A stretch of DNA of 64,000 bases from Tubiluchus corallicola. Lineage: Eukaryota > Animalia > Priapulida. The DNA is taken from assembly GCA_030141605.1 (NCBI GenBank), contig JAQGDQ010000537.1, positions 85,017 through 149,016 of the forward strand, read 5' to 3'. The notes beneath the pieces are model-generated. The model ran no database searches. It saw only the letters and a list, made by a program, of their open reading frames with translations, and was not told the DNA's origin. Made by a program: the position numbers and the translations under genes. The first letter of the stretch is position 1. Every line of letters starts with the position of its first letter. Shown piece after piece: positions 26,609 to 64,000 of the stretch.

Positions 26609-27201
26609 AGGAAGACAGGATGATTTTTAATACACTCCCCAATTTTAAGTCCGATAGAAAGTATACATTTTAACACCATTAATACTGCAAATGTGTTTCT
26701 GATAATTAAATAATAAATTAAAATCTTAATTAACAGCAGGCGAACCCAACCATTAATGACATCACAAACTAATATACCTAATTTTCAACAGCAAAAACAT
26801 TCCACGAGCGTGTTGCACGAGCTACTGTAAGACATTCAGTGTGTTGCACTAAAACTAGGCAAGTTTTAAGATAAAAATTCAAATTTCAAATTCACCGCTG
26901 TGCTCGCGCATCAGCTGTCGAACGTGTGCAGTTCGTCACAAACCAACATATCTGAACTGAGAGGTACAGCACCCGTTTTCTGTGCAATGCGTTTCCGAAA
27001 TGCAGGCGCTGGTGCCTGTCTTACTAGCGAATGGTGAAATGCATGTAACAGTGAAGAACTAGTGGCGCGAACGTGAAATTGTGTTTGAGTGGTAATAATT
27101 TTTTCATGTAAGCCATTTTTTAAAAAATAGCATGTTTCCTTTCAATATTTTAAAGAGTTGATTGTTTTGACCTACAACTTAAGATTGGGTCCGGCTTTGC
27201 T
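26609..27201 (+). mobile_element. Kolobok-like MITE family C
   Basis: ttaa|AGGAAGACAGG...CCGGCTTTGCT|gtaa. Homologs at ~37745-38239, ~39895-40490 (-) and 55590-56872. Confidence 0.75.
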
Positions 27202-27669
27202 GTAAGCATTCTGCCTGCCAAATGTTTACAATAATGTAAACCAAAGCGTCTCGCTAACGTTATCGAATGCAAACCTCGACTAAAGTTTGTGAACAAACTT
27301 TGCAGTTCCTGACAATTATTAAGATTAATTCTATACCAAACAATACTACATAACCAAGTTGATAACTTGCAATATTATTAAGGTGCCAGCAATGAACTTG
27401 ACGGGTTACCATTGACAAATAAAAACTGTGACATCTTCAAAACAACTTTTTGTGTTAACATTAAATCGTAAAATTTATTTATTTGGAACACAAAGTGGAC
27501 AATAGTCAGTTTATGTTAAACTCAAATACCAATAATATAATGCACAAGATCAATAATTATATACGTTAATAGAAACAAACTTTTTACAAATTTTAGACTA
27601 CATAAATTTTTTTCTTCGACTATCTTTACGTTTTTTTCATATTTTTATTTCAGCATTTTCGGGGACGTT

Positions 27670-38343
<10,674 letters not shown>

Positions 38344-38594
38344 TCAGCACCTGAGCCACAGTAAATGCAACAGAACTGATGAGAATTTACAGTAATCTTG
38401 AGAATAGGAAATGATAAGATACTGCAACGAACATGGCGAATAATTCCCGAGCATGTTCAGTTGCATGTGGCTTTATGACTAACTTAATTCTATCTTATTC
38501 AAGCTTCACCTTCGCATGAGTAAACTAATTTTGCATCACTTCGGTAGCAGTGACAAGCATATTCTAATACAGCTAGTGCTTTTCCTTCGATAAC

Positions 38595-39890
38595 ATAATC
38601 TAATTACATGCTTGGAATACATAATCCGCTCCAATGCTTGAACTACATAATCCACTCTCATGCTTGGATTATATAATACACTCTCATGCTTGGACTATAT
38701 AATCTACTCATATACCTGCCTATATAATCCACTACCATACTTGGACTACGTAATCCACTCCCATACTTGGACTATGTAATCCACTCTCATGCTTGGACTA
38801 TATAATACACTCTCATGCTTGGACTATATAATCTACTCATATACCTGACTATATAATCCACTCCCATGCTTGGACTATATAATCTACTCATATACCTGAC
38901 TATATAATCCACTCCCATGCTTGGACTACATAATCCACTCCTATGCTTGGGCTTCATAATTCACTCCCATACCAGATTATATAATCCACTACCATGCTTG
39001 GACTACATAATCCACTCCCATGCCTGACTACATAATCCGCTCCCATGCTTAGACTACATAATCCACTCCCATGCTTTCACTACGCAATCCACTCCCATGA
39101 TTAAACTACATAATCCACTACCATGCCTGACTACATGATACACTGCCATGCTTGGACTACATAATCCACTCCCATGGTTGCACTACATAATTTACTCCAA
39201 TAGTTGTACTACATAATCCACTCCCATGGTTGTACTACATAATTCACTCCCATGGTTCTACTACATAATTCACTCCCATGGTTGTACTACATAATTCACT
39301 CCCATGGTTGTACTACATAATTCACTCCCATGGTTATACTACATAATTCACTCCATGGTTGTACTACATAATCCACTCCCATGGTTGTACAACATAATCC
39401 ACTCCCATGGTTGTACTACATAATTCACTCCCATGGTTGTACTACATAATTCACTCCCATGGTTGTACTACATAATCCACTCCCATGATTCTACTACATA
39501 ATTCACTCCAATGGTTGTACTACATAATTCACTCCCATGGTTGTACTACATAATTCACTCCCATGGTTGTACTACATAATTCACTCCATGGTTGTACTAC
39601 ATAATCCACTCCCATGGTTGTACAACATAATCCACTCCCATGGTTGTACTACATAATCCACTCCCATGGTTGTGCTACATAATTCACTCCCATGGTTGTA
39701 CTACATAATCCACTCCCATGGTTGTACTACATAATTCACTCCCATGGTTGTACTACATAATTCACTCCCATGGTTGTACTACATAATTCACTCCCATGGT
39801 TGTACTACATAATTCACTCCCATGGTTGTACTACATAATTCACTCCCATGGTTGTACTACATAATCAACTCCTATGCTTGGACTAGATAA
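38595..39890. repeat. 26-bp minisatellite, ~50 units
   Basis: Unit tactacataat(c/t)cactcccatggttg; the left half uses the ...catgcttggac variant. Confidence 0.95.
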
Positions 39891-39894
39891 TGGA

Positions 39895-40490
39895 AATCTC
39901 AAACCATAGCTCAAAACAATCTAATCTATAAAATATTGCAAGAGAACATACTATTTTTTAAGAATGGCTTACGTGAAAGAATTCTTAATACACAAACGTA
40001 ATTTCACGTTCACGCCAGTAGTTCTTTGCTGTTACATGCATTTTGTCATTCACTAGTTAGACGGGACACTAGCGCCTCCATTTCGGAAAAAAACAGGTGC
40101 TGTACCTCTCAGTTCAGATGTTTTCATTTGTGATGTACTGCACACGTTAGAGAGCTCGTGCGTGAACACAGCGGGAATTTGAAATTTGAATTTTTGTCTT
40201 AAACTTATCGAGCTTTAGTACAATACACAGAATCTCCTACAGCAGTACTGTACTTCAATTTTCGCTTTCGCACACACGTGCAACACACTCATGGAATATT
40301 TTTGCTGTTGAAAATTATGTTAGTTTGTGATGTTATCAACAGTTGGGCTCGTCCGCCATCAATTAAGTTTTTAATCTATTACTTAATTATCAGAAACGCT
40401 TTTGCAGTATTATTGATGTTATTATTAAAATGCACACTTTTTACTGGACTTGAAAATGGGGCAGTATGTGAAAAATCATTCTGTCTTCTT
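39895..40490 (-). mobile_element. Kolobok-like MITE family C, reverse copy
   Basis: Reverse complement of 26609-27201. Confidence 0.75.
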
Positions 40491-41149
40491 CTAATCAGTG
40501 AAGTTACAGACGGCGTACAGATAGCTCCAAACAGTTGAGATCTGTAGATAAAACAGCGCTAGTGAATAATAAATAATTTGCCATGAGGAAGAAGAAAATA
40601 AAGCTTTTTGAATATGAGTCTAATCAAGCTTACGTGAGACAATATTGTCCAGACTCGCCGCTACTTCAAGTACGGGCCTTAAATGCTAATTTCATTCACT
40701 GCTTGGACCTATTAATGGAATAGCTGGCGATACGCTCGTCTGATCAAAGAACAGAGGAACCGACCCCCTTGAGACTGGGCTTCATGACTAGAGTGGAAAA
40801 CGCGGAAGCCAGTTTAGATCATAGCCATTGCTTGTGACAGGTAGTAGATTGTAGTGAGAATTTTGAAAAGTTCTAATGGAAAGTAAAACGTCCACTGGGA
40901 TTAGAGGGCATTTGTGATTGGAGCAAGTTGAATGAGAAAATTGGCGTCTGTAATGAGTCAACGGCTGTACAAAGAAAAAAGAAGAAACTTAGCATTTCAT
41001 AGCATGAAACAGAACAAAAGATAAAATTATTAGTTAACACTGAGGTGGGATTAGCTTACACTATGGTGGCGTGGACTGGGTGGGATTATAATATTATAAT
41101 AGTTAGCAGAGAAACAGGGAGGAAAAATGTTAACAGTTTTAGGAAGAGC

Positions 41150-41795
<646 letters not shown>

Positions 41796-42317
41796 AGTAT
41801 CAAAATAAAAAAATAAAAAAAGAAAGATTAGTGTTAACAATCAAACGCATATATATGCATATTCTTCAAGAAAATAACTTCCAAGTTCAAAGCGAAATTA
41901 GTTTTTTTAAATTCTTATTCTTATTAATAGCATATTCTTATTTACAGTGTTGACGAAATGCACAATGGACTTCGAATATCCATTTTCTTGAACTAATTTT
42001 GAATAAAATTCCTCATAATAACATTTATGTGTGCTTCAGATATATATATATTTTAGTTCTGCAAATTCTAACATTTCTGTTAACAAAGATGTGAAATGCA
42101 GTGCTAGCATTCATAATTTGACCTCTTCGTAACACCGAGGGCGTTTTATTTTTAATTGCTGCTGCAATTATATTTGATTTTATCAGATTTATTCTACGTG
42201 CTTAATTATAAGCAAGGTAAGCGCGTTGAAGTTTTGTAAAAGTTTTACGTGGAAAATATATTTTTGTTGTGCCAACTCTTCTGTCTTACCTGTGTACAAT
42301 GCTTTCTTTTTCTTCAG

Positions 42318-42510
42318 GTCGATCAATCCCAGCTGCTGATGGTACAGAACAGAATCATTCGTTTTCTCGGCTTACTGGGTGGCGAGAAAAATCATGCCCT
42401 CGTTTCCTGCAGCGCGGAACACGTTGCGGCCATCGCAGTTTCGTGGAATAGAGAGAAACATCTCAAGTTTGCCGTGCCGTTTCAAGACATGAAGCCCGTG
42501 ATTTATTTCG
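42318..42510 (+). pseudogene. PRKDC: Inverted orphan copy of PRKDC exon 47963-47771
   Basis: Identical VDQSQLLMVQNRIIRFLGLLGG...AVPFQDMKPVIYF exon with intact splice sites, but on the opposite strand and with no partner exons. Confidence 0.85.
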
Positions 42511-43781
42511 GTAGGTTATACGGCGTCAAGGCTATTTTTGTATAGTTTTCAACACTGCACTCCAGAATTGAACATTTAATCCCAGAGCCTACTGCTGTTG
42601 TGGCAGGACCAGCTCCTAGCTCCAAATCTAGGTTAGTCTTCTAAAGCAAGATTGTCTCAGACGCCTCTCTCAATTGTCTCAGACGCCTGTTTCTGGTGGT
42701 TCTTCACCCATTTGCTAGTCAACTTTAACATTGTTTAACTTTCATACCCAAATTTGTACTGCATCCATTCAGCTATTCTTCTTCCTGACAGTGTATAGAG
42801 GCTCTAAGGCACAAGAAAGCATGATAATTGAAGTGTTTTGTACAAAGTTAACTCTTGCATTACAGATATAATTCATGAAGAATCAGTCTTTGCAGGGGTA
42901 ACTGTGTCATGAAATTTTTACCTGTTTGCCACTTAACGCACAAGGGAAAATTATTAGAAGAAGCCAATGACGAGATGTCGCTATGTTATTTTGCTTCACG
43001 TAGTCGGGTCTTATGCGTGAAATATCGCCCGTCTTTGACAGCTGTCATACACTGTTCAGTCTCTTAACACAAACTGATGGTATATCATGTGTTTGACATC
43101 ATGGAATTTCATGTCATCATGAAACTAGCAAAATATCATACAATTCTCTAATTTCCCGTATTATGTACAATAGGGAAAGTTAATGTGGAGATAATTAAGA
43201 CTACAGGTGATAGGGTGCAGACACCAGAGGAAAAAAAATTATTTTTACTCCAAATGTTTTACTAATGAGTCCATGTCCAAGTCTGCAGGGCTAATACAGG
43301 AAGATGTATATAGCAAATATCATTATTATTATACACAATGCAGTCTATTATAATACACTAGGTAGTTAATTAATTAATTACCGTAACATACAGAGGCATA
43401 TTACTTCAGAACATTTATTCTATTAAAATTTTACACTAAATTTACGTCCACCACTGCAAACTATTGTTCGATTTTATACACAAGACATGTTCAGCAATTT
43501 CTGATGAGATGGTTGTTCAAGTAAGAGACTTAGTAAGTCTTGGCTTCTTAGTAAGAGGCACGTTTCTCGATTCCGAGTTCCTGCTAAGAAAGACCTGCTT
43601 TAATGCACTCGAGTTTGAGTTAATGACTCGAATCGTTATCCTCTGGTAAACACATTGATTCATTTGTAAGTGCGACACAAATTTTCAAAATTCGAATTTT
43701 GTTTCAAATTTCTTTTACCCTTTTGAGCGGAGGCATTACAACAAATGTACGTAAAACATTTTTACAACAACCTGGCAAGCT

Positions 43782-44208
43782 TTAAGTAAGGACAATATAC
43801 TTGAACACTGCAACAACAATATGGTAAGTGTTAAGTAAGGACAATATAACTTGAACACTGCAACAACAATATGGTAAGTGTTAAGTAAGGACAATGTAAC
43901 TTGAACACTGTAACAACAATATGGTAAGCGTTAAGTAAGGACAATATAACTTGAACACTGCAACAACAATATGATAAGCGTTAAGTAAGGACAATATAAC
44001 TTGAACACTGCAACAACAATATGGTAAGTGTTAAGTAAGGACAATGTAACTTGAACACTGCTACTACAATATGGTAAGCATTAAGTAAGGACAATGCGGC
44101 TTGAACATTGCCACAACAATATGGTAAGCATTAAGTAGAACAATATAACTTGAACACTGCAACATCAACATGGTAAGCGTTAAGTAAGAACAATATAACT
44201 TGAACACT
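43782..44208. repeat. 50-bp minisatellite (~8.5 units, duplicated part)
   Basis: Unit taagtaaggacaatataacttgaacactgcaacaacaatatggtaagtgt. Confidence 0.95.
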
Positions 44209-44243
44209 TTACATTAAAGGACATGTAGCATAAAGAAACATAC

Positions 44244-61608
<17,365 letters not shown>

Positions 61609-61852
61609 CTAAAACACAAAGAAAATGCTAGCAATAACAGCAAGTCATTACCTCCGACGAGCAGGCTACGTTTTCATCGCCGCTTGTTTGTTTGTCTGTC
61701 TGTTAGCAGAATTATGCAAAAAGTACTTGACAGATTACCACGGAGTTTTCGGGAGCAGTAACCCTGGGTGGTGCAAGGGACAACTAACAAACTATTAAAT
61801 TAAATTATCCATATTTAGCAAATAGATGTAACTACATCAAAATGGACTTTAT

Positions 61853-61891
61853 TGCCAACCGGTTTCAAACAAACTGTTCATTGTCAAGGCA
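61853..61891 (-). ncRNA. Variant minimal hammerhead-like motif (Penelope pLTR type)
   Basis: Minus strand TGCC-TTGACAA-T-GAACA-gtt-TGTTT-GAAA-CCGG-TT-GGCA followed by ataaa. Helix I TGCC/GGCA and palindromic CCGG loop are present, but the core is UUGACAA rather than CUGANGA. Confidence 0.45.
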
Positions 61892-62554
61892 TCTAAAACA
61901 AAGAAATTTACCAGAATTTAGAAACAACATCAAAATGTAATTCAGTAGTTAGATAGCCAAAAGACATATGATAAACCATTATACAGATAATTTAGCAATG
62001 TACCTTGCAGATTACAAATCTTGATTGGTATGAAACTATGCTACACTCCATAAACAAACAAACAAATTTGTGGAATTCAGCAACAAAATGGCAGCTCCCT
62101 AATATTGACAGTTCTGCTACTACTAACATATTTGTTGTTGTTTTTTCTATAACTGATCTTTTTCAAACACTGCTTGAGACTCAATAAAAACTATTTTTGG
62201 CATTGAGCAACAGTGTGAGTGCACACACTGTACAGGCTAATACACTACTACCTCGGATAGTCATTTTACAAACACATGAAGTAAACAATTGAAAAAAGTG
62301 ACAACAATCAAATCTAGGACAGCATAAGTTCCTTTAGCTTCACTTCATAACAGTAATGAACAAAATCAAGATTAGAAGTTCAGCTCAAACACAACATCAC
62401 TACATAATTGTGATTTTACAACAAAATAAAAACCATTGTTCAAAATAGAACACGGTTTGGTTTAAAAACTTAAAAAAACTCCAGAGCCATGAACACATGC
62501 ATTTTTATTAGTGTTTTTAGCAAGGAATAGCTTAAACTGCCACAAAACAAAGTT

Positions 62555-63394
62555 ATGGGCATAACTATTAGTGAAAATGGAAGACAAGCACTCTTGCTGG
62601 TTGCAGCGTTTCAATGTACAGCAGGAGTTGTTGGTGGTTTACTCTTAATTATAGCAGGTGATTTTTTGCAACACAAACTGGAAAAATACCATAATATTAT
62701 TGGTTCGCATCTGCACAATGCCGAATGGCATTTTGTCTGCTTTGCCGTTACCGGCGTCGCTTTCATGGTCAACTGTATCAACGGCTTCTCCATTGTAACG
62801 CATTTAATGGTACCCGAACAGAGACATCACCGAATATTTGTTTTCAATTTGTATTTGTCTTTTGATATGATCATTTGTTGCATGCCCGGAATCGTGAGTT
62901 TGTCATGCTTTGTTGATATACACTACTTTAGTGTGGCATTCGAAGAAGGAATTTTAGAGTCGATGAAGCTGTACTCAACAAACGACACAATTAAGCAAGT
63001 GCTGGACGAAATGCAGGTTACTTACAAATGCTGCGGCAGTCACAGCTACCAAGATTGGATGAACTTAACGTCTTACTCAAATTACAATGACGACAACGTG
63101 TCAGACTTTGCGCAGACTTTCCAACAGGTGCTGCCCTCGAGCTGCTGTGACGAGGAACTCGATTGGGAATGCATGTACGATAATGAAACCATGGCAACGA
63201 TGGGATGTAAGGAGGCTCTCATGGGGTACTTTGGTGACTATCTATTAAAAAGGATAGGTATGCTTGCATTAGCCGTCGCTGTGTTCCGCGTCTTATCTCT
63301 GTGCTGTTTGCGCTTAATTCAGACCTCCATCGTCGAGGCTCTTCTAATAGGAAACCCAACCGCACCAGCAGCCGGATACTTATTCAGACTGTAA
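62555..63394 (+). CDS. Tetraspanin, peripherin-2/ROM1-like, intronless CDS, 279 aa
   Basis: Four hydrophobic segments. EC2 has DEMQVTYKCCGSHSYQDW, LPSSCC and GCKEAL. The tail LRLIQTSI....GNPTAPAAGYLF resembles the RDS-family LRYLQTS.....P.....GWL. Possible 5'UTR acceptor at 62520; AATAAA at ~63702. Confidence 0.88.
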   Translation: MGITISENGRQALLLVAAFQCTAGVVGGLLLIIAGDFLQHKLEKYHNIIGSHLHNAEWHFVCFAVTGVAFMVNCINGFSIVTHLMVPEQRHHRIFVFNLYLSFDMIICCMPGIVSLSCFVDIHYFSVAFEEGILESMKLYSTNDTIKQVLDEMQVTYKCCGSHSYQDWMNLTSYSNYNDDNVSDFAQTFQQVLPSSCCDEELDWECMYDNETMATMGCKEALMGYFGDYLLKRIGMLALAVAVFRVLSLCCLRLIQTSIVEALLIGNPTAPAAGYLFRL

Positions 63395-63934
63395 AGGTGG
63401 AGCATTTTTACGAAATACAATCCAAGACTTAATCTTCAATTTTGGCGTGTTTTTTGGACTCTCCACAGGATTTTGTTGCTTGTTTTTTCTTTGATTTCTT
63501 TCAAAGGTTTAATGCATCCATCCTCCAATCTTCAGCTGTTTGGTGCACTCGCTTCCTCTTACTCTTCTGTACTAGATCACAACTTCCTTGCCTCCAGCTT
63601 TTCACCTTGACACTCTTCATAATAATTTTCTCCATAGATTTTTCTTTATGTTTATCTTACTTTTTTCTTTACAGGCTCAATTCAATTCAGTTTATTGCAA
63701 TAATAAAACATAGAAGGACACTGGCAACAGCAACATACACAACAAAACGATAAACTTATACAAGATTTTATGAGACAGAAAACTGCCATCTGACGAAGTG
63801 TAACAAAAACAAAAGAGCGGGCTTCTTTCTCACGAAATTCCACTTCTGGAAGTTTAAGGTTTTTTGCCAAATATTTAAACGTTCATCCTACAGATTTCAT
63901 TCTCTACACTTCCTTGAAAAATTTTGTTTTTCCT

Positions 63935-63936
<2 letters not shown>

Positions 63937-63999
<63 letters not shown>

Positions 64000-64000
64000 C
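63937..64000. repeat. (CT)n microsatellite
   Basis: Seen directly. Confidence 0.97.

Larger units (their letters stand above)
41851..44208 (+). repeat. Left arm of a 2358-bp inverted duplication of 46073-48430
   Basis: Position pairs sum to 90281 throughout (ORFs 42249-42545 / 47736-48032 and 43464-43649 / 46632-46817 are identical). Unit-specific variants of the 50-bp array are mirrored. First mismatches occur at 41850/48431 and 44209/46072. Confidence 0.97.

Noticed and set aside
43464-43649. Duplicated 61-aa ORF (also 46632-46817)
   Set aside because: Identical only because it lies in the inverted duplication; intronic, no recognisable protein.
63442-63870. ORFs downstream of the tetraspanin as the next PRKDC exon
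   Set aside because: No match to the expected ..ELSIAIRGYG.FA exon in any frame I read; likely 3'UTR or intron.

Overview
AT-rich, intron- and repeat-rich animal (invertebrate-like) genomic DNA, not prokaryotic. I assembled six protein genes by hand from GT-AG exons with matching phases. (1) COA4, first coding exon only (-, 1330-1467). (2) MRPS18A/mL66, complete (+, 4316-9723). (3) RSPH9, complete (-, 14342-19622), with an RFX X-box upstream. (4) An unnamed 142-aa gene with 4 coding exons (-, 27670-38343) that the ORF track largely misses. (5) Fourteen consecutive in-frame exons of PRKDC/DNA-PKcs (-, 44244-61608). (6) An intronless peripherin/ROM1-like tetraspanin (+, 62555-63394) nested antisense in a PRKDC intron. 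The most striking structure is an apparently perfect 2358-bp inverted duplication (41851-44208 / 46073-48430, 1864-bp loop). It begins 35 nt after the last visible PRKDC exon, and the gene stops there with no kinase-region exons seen. This is either a real fold-back rearrangement or an assembly/amplification chimera. The rest is hAT, MuDR, Harbinger and Kolobok-like MITEs with readable TSDs, decayed LINE ends, Penelope remnants with minimal hammerhead-ribozyme motifs, and mini- and microsatellites. Family assignments come from recalled motifs; no database search was run.
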